The notes under the pieces were generated by a model. That model made no database searches, had not been told where the DNA came from, and saw nothing but the letters and a program-made list of their open reading frames with translations. Below, piece by piece: positions 26,782 through 40,076 of a stretch of 64,000 nucleotides of DNA (position 1 is the first letter of the stretch; each line of letters opens with the position of its first letter). A program made the translations under genes and the position numbers. The stretch lies in NCBI GenBank assembly GCA_004022145.1, contig RCNU01000002.1; one strand, 5' to 3'. Source of the stretch: Paecilomyces variotii (taxonomy: Eukaryota).

Positions 26782-29244
26782 GCTCTGTGGCGGAGTATTT
26801 ATCATAGTTGTTCTGATGTAGGAACGTAGACGATGGCTGAATATTGATATCGTTCAAGTCAGTCATTTTCTTCTCTATGGTCCCAATCGGCTGGAACGTT
26901 AGATATCGCTGTCATTAAAAGCGTTTCACCTAGGCCTGATGCATGTAATAACAAGGTTGGCGTCCACGAGAAACAGTATACAGGAGTTCTTACACGTATG
27001 TATATGAGATTCTGATCTAGTCTCAACAATCATCGATATAACTATGTGCAACGTATCTTTAGAGTATTTGATATAGACGGCAGTGCAGCGATCTGCGTGT
27101 CAATCGATCAATCGGATACACTCCGCGTGGATCCTGTCATGAGCCGGAAATGATCGCCCTTTGGCATGTCTATCTACCATAGATGCTCCGTATCATGTCT
27201 CACGCAGGATAATCGGCGGAAAGCTACATTGCGGTCTTGTAATCGTTGGATATACAAACGGCAGCCCGGATCTGGACGCTGACAGACAAACAGACCGACA
27301 GATAGGACGCCTAAGAAACGACACGCGTCTCCTGTCACTATTGTTGTTAGTTTCCCGCCTATGGATGATTTTAGTTAGTTAACCATACTTTCGATTCTCG
27401 AAGCGTTTACGTCCTGGGAGGACATGCAAGCAATTGGCATATGGAATAGGAGCGACCCTTGCTACCATCAGCCAACGCTGCGATTGTATGGTATGGAAAC
27501 ATGCTAGCTATTCCCCATCAGTTATCTAGTAGGGGGCTGTGCCGTCGGGCATCGGGTCGATGAAGTCTCTTACCCCACTTGGCGAAAAAAATAAAAAAGC
27601 TTAGGAAGCTTCTTTCATGCGCGTCCTCCATACACAACGTGAGAATTCTTCGACCCGCTCCAGTTAAGACTCAGCCAGATCTTCCGGGGTCGGACGTGCG
27701 GAGTGATGTTTTTGGAAAAGCCCAACGACAGGGTTTTCTTTTTGGCAACAAAGATTGTGATGTGTTTAGGATTTCCATTTCCCAGCCAAACGGACCAGTG
27801 TGCAAGACATGGGCATCCTATCGGGGAAGGATATGAGAGTTCTCTTACAATCTCGGTTCCTCCGCCAGCCATAGATAGGCTTTTGAGAATCAGAAATGCT
27901 GCTTGCGAGCGGTCTGGCAGGTCTGTGGGACGCGCGGACGAGTGTATCCGCTTCATAACAGGACGGTCTCCATGTCCATGACGTGGCTGATATTACCATA
28001 GAAAATAGGCGTGGGGTCCAGTAGCATTCAGAGGCTCCTAAACACAAGAATAGTCAAACAAAGGATCGAATTTCCGCTGGAGCAAGACTGAGTAAATAAT
28101 AATCGGGTATTCTGCGAGTAACTATCCAGCGCTGACTGTGTGGCTGGTTGGTAGTGGAAAATACTGTCGGCCCGACAGCAACCTCGTTGGTGGTGAAGAC
28201 GCCAGGAAGGATAGACGGAGCACAAATTAGTTACGCTGCAAGAGACGAAAGGGGAGAGCAGTAGGATCGTAGTCACACTTGGGATCTATGATTATTAGCC
28301 TTGTGTGAGACAGAGAAGAGTTGAGAAGGAGATGGAGATGACCTAACTAACTGTAGTGATTTTCATCCCCGTGGATGAAGCAATGCTTGGTGTAATAATA
28401 TACCTATTCTTAATGACAACCAAGACCAGGGCTAGAAAAGCCTCTCAGAACGGAGTGCAGTCATCAATCAGATAATTAGTTAACCGTGCCATCCCGTTAG
28501 TTTCGCCATGGCAGAAGCTTGACCGACGCCCTGGCGAACAGGAGGAGCGAGAAGGATCTCCGGCGTCCGCCTTATCGCCAACTCGCTCCATCTGCCCCCA
28601 TCTCTCCCTCCCACTCTCTCTCCTCTCTCCTGCCGTTCCCGACGCCTCCAGCTTTTCTTCTCGTGCCTGGATCTTCTATTGACAGTCTTGGCTTACCGTC
28701 ACGGTCTCTTCGAAAGCCTTCCTCAGACATAGCCACCAAATCGTGCCCTCTCGATCGATTGCCATCGTCCTGCAACCTCCCGAATCTCCTCCCATCATCG
28801 TCATTCGCGCCCCGGACAACACCGTCGCAGGCTACCCAAGACATCCATTCCGTACCGACATCACGACAGTCAGAATCACTGGCATACCTGATAGCAGTCA
28901 TATTGCTGACTCGTATCTGCTGCTGATCTTGACCCGGCCTTGGAACGATGCCGTTCTCCGCGCTGCGACTTACAACTCCGTCCTACACCTGATCGGTTCG
29001 CGCACTGTGTCTTTGCGGCTGGCTGGACCTGTATCCTCCTTTTCAGACTGCGCTATACTTCGTCGCCGGCGTGTTTATGCTGCTGTTGGTCCCCATTGAC
29101 TTTGCTGTTGCGTGGAGATACCCGGGGATCGTCAAGCACGCGCTGGTCGCGGGCGTTGTATCCTACCAAACGTCCGCTCGATCCCAATCTCACGACGCTG
29201 GCCTGCTGTATTTTATGGAGTTGCAGGTGGCATAATAGTTTGTC

Positions 29245-31583
29245 ATGTCTGTCGATCCCTTACCTCGCCAGTCTCAAGCCTCCCCGCTCTCGCGAAACCG
29301 TTCGATTCTGTCCAGGTTCACGACGCACTTCGGTCAGCGGAACCGCAACATCTCAGATTTCTACGTACAACCGGACGACCCCTGGAAGACATACTTCCCT
29401 GGAGACACGATAAAGGGGACGGTGGTGCTCACGGTCATCAAGCCCGTGAGAATCACTCACCTGGTGATATGTCTACACGGGTATGTTAAGGTGTTCAAGA
29501 ACACGATTGCTCCCGGTGAAAAGATTCCAGACTCTGGATTTCTCGGTACCGGAAGAGGACGTAGAGGTTCGGAGTACTTGGGGAACGGGTTCGCGACGCT
29601 TTTTGAGGACGAAGTGGTCCTTTGCGGGGATGGCCGTCTCAAGGAGGGGATATACAAATTTCAGTTCGAAATGGAATTCCCTCCTCACGCTCTCCCCAGT
29701 AGCATTAACGTAAGTCTCCCTGATTGGCAGTATCTTGTTGTGTTCGAGAGCTTGTTCAGTGCTGATGCATCTCCTCAAAATAGTTCGAACGCGGCACTAT
29801 TACCTACATGCTCACGGCTACCTTGACGCGACCAAGTACGATTTCTCCTGTTATGTCGTGCCACAAGAGAGTGAATATGCTCGAGAATATTGACATCGCG
29901 CCTTTTCCTGCACCAAAGCCCCGGTTAGTCAGTCTAGAGCCGGTCTCCAGGCGGTCAAGAACCAAGTCCAAAGGCCGGAGTCAGTCACTGTCAACAGATC
30001 AGGCTCGGGAACAGCGGTCACCAGATCAGTCATCTAGTCTGGCTGTGGCTCACGACCACAGGCCTCCTGTAAGCCCTGCCCCGAGCGATGTCAGCTCATC
30101 GAGTCGCCTCAGCCATAGCAGTCAGAGTTTCCAAGTCGTCAGTGATCCTAGTTCGGTAAATGGCACCGGGAAGCGCAGCAGCGATATCCGCAGTGTCGCA
30201 ACGTCAGCATCGGACAAGACGATTACGGCAACGGCAGAAGTACTACGCGCTGGAGCACTCCCAGGTGATACGCTACCCATCAAAATCACTATCAACCACA
30301 GTAAGCAGATACGAAGCCCACATGGCATTATTATCACCCTCTACCGGCAGGGCCGCATTGACATGCACCCTGCCATCCCCGTCGGCCAGCCTGAGGAAGG
30401 CAAGAAACCGATCTACGAGGATGTCTATCCCAAGTCCCGCACTGGCCTGGGTGGGTTGAGTTTTGGTACTACACGCTCAAGCAGCGTCTTCCGCAAGGAC
30501 CTGTCTCAGGCATTCGCACCACTAATTGTGGATCCTGCTACGATGACTGCACAGATGAAGATGTCAATCAGAGTCCCGGAAGATACGTTTCCTACCATAA
30601 CTCGAGTCCCAGGAGCCATGATCAGCTTTCGATATTACATCGAAGTCGTCATGGATCTACGCGGGAAGTTGGCAGCTTCAGATCGCTTCCTCCCGCGGCT
30701 CAATATGGTCTCCGGAGGAAAAAGCTTCTCTTCAAGCGGACATGTTGTTAATGTTCCTGATAACAATTCAAACAGCGTTACAGCCAATTGGGCAGGAAAC
30801 ATCATGGACACAGATCAGATTCGACGCGAAAAGGGAGTCGTGGCACTCGTTTTTGAGGTTGTGGTCGGAACGCGAGACTCGGGTAGACATCAGCGTCACC
30901 TAGCCGACGAGGAGTTGAACGCAATGCCCACGAGTGACGAAGACCGACAAGAATACGATAATGACGCCACCCCCGAGGAAGAGTATGCGCAGCAAAATTA
31001 CTACTCGAATGGCGATTATCAGTCACACCAGGAAGATTACTGGGCCGACTATCCGACCGACAATGTCGAGCAGCCTTTCCAGTCCCCGGACCATATGGTT
31101 ATCCCACCGCCAACACAACCAGAAGAGCCTGTCGATGAGAAGACTAGACTTCGACGAATGGAGGAAATGCTTCTACCAAGCCAACCTCCGGGCGACGCTG
31201 CAGCTGGTCCCTCCACGGTGCCCGCACAAGCTCCAACTGCTCCTGACCTTCCTGATGAAGATGAGCTATACGACTACAACCCTCATCTGCCCGGACAGGC
31301 AGTACCCCCTCCACCCACTTTGTCCGTTGATACCGTCGTTCCCGGTCCAGATTTGGCAGCCCTCAGCGGATCAGGTGCCTCTCATCCTCCGACTGAGGAT
31401 AAGCGCGAACTTGAACGGCAACGACTAATGGCCCAGGCAAGTGCACCAGAAGCAACGGCCGAGGATAGTCGGCCCGGTCCTTCTACTGAGGCTGCTCCCA
31501 GCGCTCCTGATCTCGACGAGGAGGACAATATCTTGAATGCGGATGTCGGTACTGATGAGTCTCTACCACAATATCGTCGGTGA
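29245..31583 (+). CDS. palF: Arrestin-like pH-response regulator PalF/Rim8; intron 29710-29783
   Basis: Arrestin N and C domains (RITHLVICLHG, LPSSINFERGTITY, LYRQGRID, FRKDLSQ), PxAP motifs and C-terminal ESLPQYRR. Confidence 0.95.
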
Positions 31584-32715
31584 ATGGGAGAAGTTTGCAT
31601 GCATTTTCCTGTGTTGTGGCGTTCCATTGTCGCATTTAAATATATTGCATTGGGTTGTTTTTGACTATACATGCGGAGATACCATATTTTTTGTTTCGTT
31701 AGGTCGGGAGTCACCGCTCCCGCACCGGATTGGGTCTGGTCCTGGGCGTTGACAGCAGAAAAAGCAGGAAGATTAATGTTCTCTAGGAGTGACACGCGGC
31801 GTTATATCTTTGGGTCTTTGGGTTTGTCATATACCATATATACCAATCTCACTTATCATCTCGGCCGTTATTGTCGATATAGGATGGCGTGTGTTATAGT
31901 TGGCGAGTTAATAGCACATTCAATGGAGAATCTGCCCGGCTTCGTCAATGATGATGAAGCCGGCAACAAATTTATTGATACATGTCGAAATAAATTCAGA
32001 TAAAGGAATTCCTATCCATAAGTGCCGTTTCCCTTCTTGTGTATTTCATAGAGAACGACCCAGAAGGGTCCGCACCCCGCCTTTCAAGTACAGTACTTGA
32101 CGGATTCTTGTCGAACTTGGCGAAGGCCAGATAAGATGAGATGCACGTATCTGATCTTCTGTTAGAGCTTGTCGTATATTGGAATGTAAACTGTCTTACC
32201 GCCCACGGACTTTTCCAGAAGCGTTAAAAAAGTGTATCTTAGCTCATCTTTTGCCTGAATTTTAGTAATCGTCTGCCGTCATTGATGCTTATCTTTGGCG
32301 CCCATCTTTGGCGCTCTTCGAATCTGGTGGTAATTATTACAGTGGATTGTAATTTGTTTGGCTCGTCTTCGCCAAGCGTCGTCTAACTATTACCAAGTTC
32401 GGACTAACCAGCGCTACGAACTTTCGCCCAGCAGAACACCCGAGGGCACTCCCGCGCGATCAAACCCCCCCAAAGCCTCTCCGCGAGAGCAGGGTTCTCG
32501 TCTCTGTTAAGGACACTCAGCTGTCTTCGTATCCGGTCCTTATCGTCGAACGATTCTTCCACTTTTCACAGCATCTGACTGTTGTTCCTGGTGCTTCCTA
32601 ACAGTGACAAGTGCCGGGGATCACATCATAACTACGCCGATTGTGTTCAGCCCCATTACATCAAAAACGGACCAAGTTTGAAAGGCCACGCGACGATTTC
32701 TTTACGCTGTCCGTC

Positions 32716-33673
32716 ATGGCGCTCAAGAGCGGGTCGTTCGCGACCTTTTTGATCGTTTGCCGTATGTCCACTGCATTTCATTTCATATTCTGGCGTGGTG
32801 TTTCATGCTCGTTTTTGAATCGTTCCTCTTGTTGCGGTCTTATCTGTTCTTGAGATCACTCTCCGCTATGCTTCGCCATGATGTCTCTTCTTCATTGCAT
32901 CTGGGATCTTCGACCTCTGCGTTCGTTCGACCGGATGTGCCAGTGTGGATAAATGCATGGAAGAGAGATTTGCGAAGATATAGCGGGTCAATGTGCAAGA
33001 AGAACTCAGATAAAGACAGATAAAAGACAACGCCGCATCTTTACAACCATGGACTGGATCGAAGCTAACTCTCAGACAAAAATAAACAGCAACATGCTTC
33101 TTCCTGGGCATCATCTTCTCATTATTCCCATACGACTACCCTCTCCTCTGGTCAACAGCTCCAACTCCCGGCTCGCATTACGACTACCTAGAAGCACACC
33201 TGCGGTTCTTGCACGCCTCTCCGCCGCTGATCCCGCGCATTCTCCACATCGTCATCTTCTTGGGTCTGGCTGGTCTGGTCGCGAAACTGTATAAGCCCTC
33301 GGAAGCCAACATGCTCTTCGACGGCGCCAGTCTGGTCCTGTATATGTGTGGTATCACCGTCTACATCGCCAATATCGTCAAGGGTCTCCGTCTCGTCACT
33401 GGTGGTCAGTACGGCTCAGAAGTTGGTGATTCCAACCTGGAGGAAGGAGAGCAGATCCTCGGCCGTGAGGACAGTCTGAAGGTTCTCGCCGCGAGCAATA
33501 CCATTCTGGCCCTGGTCCTGGTGGGCGTTTTGGTCTTGCAGGCTGGTCAGTGGTACGCTGAGCGAAAGGATGCGCAGGAGTACGAGAGCCTGAACCGTAA
33601 GACAGAGGAGAGGAAGGAGGCACAAGCCGGGAAAGTGTCGCGGCAGTCGAGCGTGTCGAAGAAGAAGCAGTAG
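32716..33673 (+). CDS. shr3: ER membrane chaperone Shr3 (amino-acid permease packaging); intron 32762-33089
   Basis: SFATFLIVCPTCFFLG across the intron, KLYKPSEANMLFDGASLVLY and VLAASNTILALVLVGVLVLQAGQWYA. Confidence 0.93.
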
Positions 33674-33888
33674 ATCAGAGCTGATTTGGCATTCGTCCCT
33701 TTTCTGCTGTATTTGTTCTTCTTTTGGATGCTGTGTTCTATTGGCAAGCGTGTGACGATAGATGATGTTGACTACTACGTCTCAGTAGTAGAAGATGGTT
33801 TAATTGCTGGTTGGAAAGATAAAAATATGAAAGTTGAAATAGATCCGCTCCTTTTCAGCTATTATTTTTTTTCTTTCTCTCTTTCTTT

Positions 33889-33911
33889 CCCCCCCCCCCC
33901 CCCCCCCCCCC
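33889..33911. repeat. Poly(C) tract of about 23 nt between convergent 3' ends
   Basis: Read directly from the sequence. Confidence 0.85.
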
Positions 33912-34473
33912 TTTACGGATGGCATTGTCGAAAAGAACGTGTATAATACATCAAAAAGGGGGAAAGGGTGTTGTTTTTCTTTCTTGAATATGTAGCAACG
34001 GCTGCGAGTTATACAAATACCAGGGAAACCTGCGCATCACTCTTCTTTTGAGATGAGGACATCATTCTCTTCTCCGCCTGATTAGGTTGAGATATTTTGC
34101 TCTCCCCCAGTCCAAAAAAAAAGGAAAGGATAAAATGCAATATCACGAATATTTCCGTACACACATATACATTCTCTCTGTGAGGCAGAAAGTAACAAAA
34201 AAAATTGGTATATTTCTCATTCATCGCTAGAAGGGGGAATCTCTAAGAGACATAACATGCGGGCCAAGCAAAGACAGGTTCCTGGGCCGGCGTCCTGAGA
34301 TACTCAAGGGTAGTAGTAGAAGAGTAGATGCAAGCTACTACTCCCTTGGAAAGAACTCATGGCTTTTGTTTTCATGATTAAGCATTGAAGGGTCGTTTCT
34401 GGCGTAAAATAGGTGAGATGGGGAGGAGAACATGGACAGTTTTTTTTCTTTTCTTTTCTTTTGTTTTGTTCGC

Positions 34474-35654
34474 TCACACCCCTTTTGGTGCTACGTAACG
34501 CAGGGTCTCCTCGGGTGCAAACGAAAAGGGACTTCGAGGGATGTCGGGTGATCGCGGACTAAGCGCTTTGGCGAACAGTTCGTTGTCAGAATCAGCGCTT
34601 GAGGTACGAGCGATGGTGTCCATTGACCCGAAGAGGTTCTGTGCAGAATTCTGCTGAGCTTGGACCGATGCAGGAGGGTGGTGGACGACGGCTTTTCGGG
34701 GAGGTTCTGAGACAGGAGTGTTGCGGAAGGAATTGTAGGAAGATACGGCAACATCGGGCGATTGGGGCGAAAGGAGATGTGCTCCATCATCGACACTGTT
34801 CGGAGTATCCATTGCTCCTGCTGTTGCCAGTTGTAAGCACGCGTGTTCTTCGACATGATTTACTATGTATGAAGAGCGATGGATCACTCACCTGCAGCTC
34901 TCTTAGCCAGATCCTTTTCACTCGTCTCTAGCTTCAGTCCTTTGAGTTTGTCTGCCAGTTTCCTGCCACTTGTCGGAGACACGGGAGTCGTTGGTCCCAT
35001 CGGATAGGAAGTAGTTGAGACAGACAGGCTCGTGTTCAGGGATTCTGTCTGCGGTCGTGCAGTAACCCCAAAGTTCGACTCGATCCATTCCTTCTCCTGG
35101 ATAGCCATGTGCAAGGCCACTCCCTCAGCATTGTTCAGACACTCTTCCCGGATCTCCTTCTCCAATACTTGCAAACGCTTCTTCGCCCATATGGTATGCA
35201 ACACTCCTTTCTTTCCAGCAGTGCGTGCCGTAGCTCCCAGTTCGGCCGGGAAGATTGCCGGTAGCGGGTTCAGCTGAAGTGAATCATTTTTCTTTGCTGT
35301 CGTTGCAGAATTTGGAGGAGGCTCATAGGTCAATGTGATCACTGGCGGAATTGTCACGCCCGGAGGGAGAAGAAAGTAGAAACGACGCGTGTGCTCGCTG
35401 GTTTGTTCATCGGCAGGCAGAACAGTCGTTTTGCCTTCCCAGGAAACATGCCAGGAGCCAGAAGGAGATCGGGTCAGGTCGTCATTTTCCCATTCCACCA
35501 TAAGAATCTTAGTTCCCTCATTTCCCTTGCCAGCTTCGAACTCGAAACGCGCAAGCGCCGTGATGGAGAGACTGCCGTTGGGTGCGCGCGGTGTCTCCAG
35601 AGAAGCCAAGTCCGTGGTGGGAGAGAACGCAGGGGCGCTCTGCGTCTGAGACAT
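34474..35654 (-). CDS. Hypothetical fungal protein; 2 exons (intron about 34891-34821)
   Basis: Two long ORFs joined by a GTGAGT...CAG intron; globular N-part (LARFEFE..KGNEGTKILMVEW) and an SPRSPD..RSPFS tail. Confidence 0.8.
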
Positions 35655-36843
35655 CTCTATACACTCCTCAGGATCCAGGACGACTCGGGGGGGCGTGTGG
35701 GAGAAAGAGACAAAGGGCTTAGTCTAGTCTAAGGGAGAGAGAAGCGCATTGTCTCGTCTCCAGGGCCGGCAGTGGATCACGGGATTATGCGCGGACAGTA
35801 AGAAGTTCTACCATAGTAACCATACTTACTTTGACTGAGATCCATCCGTCCTGCCGCATATCGTCTCCTTTCTCGTCCTGCGAATCACCACCGCTGATGT
35901 GCTCGATCCCTGTGACAGGCTGACTATTTTTAGACGTGATGTGGCCTTCCGGGTGCGTCTCCGATTCAAGAGCCGTCAACATCTCCTGGGCCCTGGCGCC
36001 TTGTCAGAACCTACACCTGTCCCTCCATTGGGTAGGAGATACGACAGCGGCCTTACTTGATCCTTTGCTGTACTCTACTAATATTGAGACTTCCTATAGC
36101 ATTATCTCGAAGGCAACCAGGGCGGAAATCTCATTGCTAGAAGAATAATATCGGTGGCTGGAAAACCCCCAAACGTGGACCAGCATAATCAGACCCCGCA
36201 TTGGAGTGTTTAGAACTGCTTTCTAAGAAACACCCGGCCACGAGGCTATGAGCTGCCTGCTGGCGTGAAGATCGGCGCACTGCCACGGACATTTCAGCCT
36301 AAGCATCTTAGCATCGAAAAAAGCGTTCTTGGCGCTGATGGAAACAGGCCGTGAGAATGAGGGGCACAAAACGGACAAAGTAGATAGAAGCAGCTCGTCC
36401 TAATCGGTCCGTCCAGATTCGAGGAATCATTACGAAGTTTCAATACGCCCTAAAGCAGAGACTCTTAAACCCATTATCAGACCAGGCATCGGGGAGTTGC
36501 GCGGGATACAAGAAAGCCAGATCGTAGGTTGTTGAAAGCCAGGGCCCAAATGATATTTTCTGTGTCACTGACGGATCGTTAATAATCATATCTCACTCAT
36601 CAACTTTCTCTATAACTACATAGTCTGTAAGTCAGAGGAAATAATGACGCTTTTTTGGCGACAATTGTTTCCACTCACGTGATATACGGCTTACCACTTT
36701 CTGACCCGATCTATCTACAATTCTCTTCACCTTGCTACCACTCTTCGCGAGATAAAAACCACATCTACTGAGCCCTTTATCATATCTTGCCTCTTGTATA
36801 AGGAAAATTACAAGGCCAAATTGACACTAGACTGTTCCTCTCT

Positions 36844-37231
36844 ATGGCTTCTACACTTCACACTGTAGCTGGGTCCACTTTACCTAATTACACAGTACTA
36901 TTTTGCTAATATATGATCTTAGATCTCACCACCAAATGGATGGACAACAGACACCTATTATCTGGCTATTGACTTTCTTTGGGAAAGTGAAAACGGTGAC
37001 GGTCACAGATTGGCCCAAAAATACGGCTTAAATTCACCACAACCAATCATGTGCACCACTCCGGAGACAGGCGAGGGTCTATATATGTTTGAGTCTAACA
37101 ACAGATTTTATATCTGGAATCAAATGGATGGAGATATCTGGGAGATTACCAAGTCTCAGGATTTTGACAAGATCCTGGAGACAATGTGCCAAAAGGGTCT
37201 TGAGCCATTGAAATTAAAAAACATTTCATAG
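36844..37231 (+). CDS. Small hypothetical protein, about 109 aa; 2 exons (intron 36865-36922)
   Basis: MASTLHT spliced to ISPPNGWTTD...YGLNSPQPIM...FYIWNQMDGDIWEI. CTAAT branch point and TAG acceptor; the donor GTAGCT is weak. Confidence 0.6.
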
Positions 37232-38784
37232 TCTTCAGGGAAGGCTGTGGACTCTTTTTTTGCTTTTTGACCTTCAGAAATTCATTTTATAATCTGACTA
37301 TGGCATACTCCTCGCTCACTAGATACGAAAAAGCATTTCCTTCAATGGAGACGACAAAGTGTTGACATTAATTGGACTGGTGATAGTACTTCTGTAGCTT
37401 CTGCAATCTGTAGTATGAATATGGTCAACCGTAGTCACTAAAGAGAACAGTAGTGCCTTCTATTTAAATTATCATATTGAAGACTTCGATGATAAGTCAA
37501 CAAATCACAACCGGTAATCCTCCTTCTTACGGTATACCTAGGTAGTTGACTATTTATTGCCCGCGCCACGAGAAAAGCCTCCTCGCGGTGGAAAAAGGTG
37601 GGAAATTAACCTTATCTGGTACGTGGGGTAACCTGCATCATGATTCTGATATGAAGGCCTAAACGATCCAGTGCACTCGATCCTCCCTCCTGACTTTGCG
37701 CAGTGCATCGTATTGTTCTTCCCCGGGCGGCCCCAAGCCTACATTTATTTTCCTTTGCGGATACATGCTGCCACGCTGACTTGGCAGATTATGGTTTGAC
37801 CAGTTCTCTGAGCCGTTGATCGGGAGACTATCCAATAATACAGCTAACCAAGTTCACGAAGTACCTAACAGTGTGGTTCTTCTGTGATAGATCGTTCCAA
37901 AGGCCAAATTACACTTTGCAGGCTAGCTACTGCGGCGGCTCATTCGATATGGTTTCCGAGAAAACGCTTCTTTCAAAGGGATACCGAGCATTAGACCTGG
38001 ACTATACGCGATTTTTTTTTTTTTTCAAGCCCAGCTTTACATTCTGTACAGGAAAGGTTCTGAAGGACCTGTAAAGCATACCAAATCCCTATTTTCAATG
38101 ACTATATCCGCCCGTGGTGAGGGCTTTAAGAGTAACTAGCATGCTGACATTATTTGTTCGCGCTTTGACCAATATTTGAGTCTGAGCTAAGTAAGTACAT
38201 AGATTATTTCTTGAATCTGCGGCTCATGCAGTCATCTACAGAGATAGGTCCTCCATTGCATAATTGCCGAATGATAGCCTGGTATTATTGCGGATCTTAT
38301 TTGCTACATGCGTGGATATGCGCCCAAATTTGGGCTCGGAAATAATTAGACTGTATCCATCCCAATCCCCTGTCATGCATTACGGATGTAGTCTAGGAGT
38401 TACATTTTCCAGGTATAGCGGATACTAACGGCCAATTGTCGACAGCATGCAGGAGGCTAACAAAAAACGGCGCTGCGCAGGGCCATGAATCACTGGCTTT
38501 TCCGGGCACACCGCGATAGTTCCCATACTTGAGAAGATCCTGCGCTAGTGTAGAACAAAGAATTGGGAAACCCACCATCCTGCTCGATTCAAATCTTATG
38601 TTGGAAGGCCATAACGTAAGACAGGTCTAAATTCCCTGGAAGAACCAAGGAGAAACTGCTTCTATCAAGAATCCAGCTTTCGGATCTTTTTATAGAGAAT
38701 AAATAAATTACATCTGTTCTACCCCTCAGCCTGTATCCTTTGTCATCTCAATTTCTCCGAAAACGGGTACAAAAGTCCCAAGAG

Positions 38785-39756
38785 ATGGCCGCACCGTTCT
38801 ACGGACCGGTTGAGGTTGATCTAGCCGCAACAGACAACGATTCCGCCTACGGTGAAGAACTATCCTCCTATACCGAATCACTGAGGTCAACTGTTCTGAG
38901 TTATCGCCAAGAAAATGGAAGATTATATCAAGGATACGGTGATGGCACTTATCTGATGCCCATTGACGAGCCCGAACTGTGCCGATTGGATCTAATGCAT
39001 GAAATGATGCTGGAACTTATGGGCAGGAGACTATACCACGCTCCCATCGGTGAAACACCGCGGGATATCCTGGATCTTGGCACGGGAACTGGTATCTGGG
39101 CGATTGATATCGCCGATAAATTTCCCTCTGCTGTGGTTACCGGGGTCGATCTTAGTCCATCGCAGCCGGCCTTCGTCCCACCAAATCTCCGTTTCATCGT
39201 GGAGGATATAGAAGACGAGTGGGAACACAGTCGTCTCTTCGATTTTATCCACGCACGCTACCTCGCGTTGTCTATCAAGGACTTCCCTGCACTTATACAC
39301 CGATGCTATAACCACACTGCGCCGGGAGGATGGGTCGAGTTTCACGATTGGTCTTTCAACCAGATCTCTCAAGACGGGAGCACGAACGGTACTGCACTGG
39401 AGCAGTACTACAGAGTCACAACTGAGGCCTATGCAAAGGCTGGATATACCGTCAGTCCAGGGCCGCAATTAGAGCAATGGTTTTACCAGGCTGGTTTCCA
39501 AGATATCCATGTCCAGAAATATGTAATCCCCATGGGCACATGGCCAAAGAATGAGCACTTGAAGAGCATAGGTGCTTGGAACGCCTTTCAAGCACAATCA
39601 GGATTTGAGGCCGCTGCTATAGCAGTTATGACTCGGTTCGAATCATGGGGTCCCGCCCAGGTGAAGGACCTCGTCCAGAGGACTTTGGACGATGTGCGGA
39701 ATCGGTCCATCCATGCGATCTTCGACTTTTACGTAGTCTGGGGCCGGAAACCGTGA
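38785..39756 (+). CDS. SAM-dependent methyltransferase, LaeA-like/TAM family; intronless
   Basis: ENGRLY, RLDLMH, ILDLGTGTGIWAID, GVDLSP.QP..VPPN..F.V.D.E..W, FDFIHAR, PGGWVE and VWGRKP. Confidence 0.93.
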   Translation: MAAPFYGPVEVDLAATDNDSAYGEELSSYTESLRSTVLSYRQENGRLYQGYGDGTYLMPIDEPELCRLDLMHEMMLELMGRRLYHAPIGETPRDILDLGTGTGIWAIDIADKFPSAVVTGVDLSPSQPAFVPPNLRFIVEDIEDEWEHSRLFDFIHARYLALSIKDFPALIHRCYNHTAPGGWVEFHDWSFNQISQDGSTNGTALEQYYRVTTEAYAKAGYTVSPGPQLEQWFYQAGFQDIHVQKYVIPMGTWPKNEHLKSIGAWNAFQAQSGFEAAAIAVMTRFESWGPAQVKDLVQRTLDDVRNRSIHAIFDFYVVWGRKP

Positions 39757-40076
39757 TGAAAATGTCTCGAGCAGATGGATCATATGAGCGTCAGATGTTT
39801 TATGCAAAGACGGACCACAAGGGAGTTTGTTGAATTGGAGGATACCCATTTCGATCGTGAGTTAGTGGTTTAAATAGTTCTTTTGTCGATGTATATAGTG
39901 GTGGTTATAACAAGTACCTAAGAATAATAATAACATACTATTCTACCTTATTCGGACATCGCATCCGCGGGCGGTGTGGTTGCCGATGCTGCCAAGCTTC
40001 GCTTTCTATGGCCGGACAGAAGCTCCCTTCAACCTTCGCAAGTAATAAGCAAACGACACGACATCAGCTAGGAATC

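Noticed and set aside
28519-29413. Overlapping 109-157 aa ORFs upstream of palF
   Set aside because: Non-ATG starts and pyrimidine-rich low-complexity sequence typical of a 5' leader.
32884-33045. H/ACA snoRNA reading of the shr3 intron structure
   Set aside because: An ACA is present, but there is no ANANNA H box between the putative hairpins, and a single nested rod explains more pairings.
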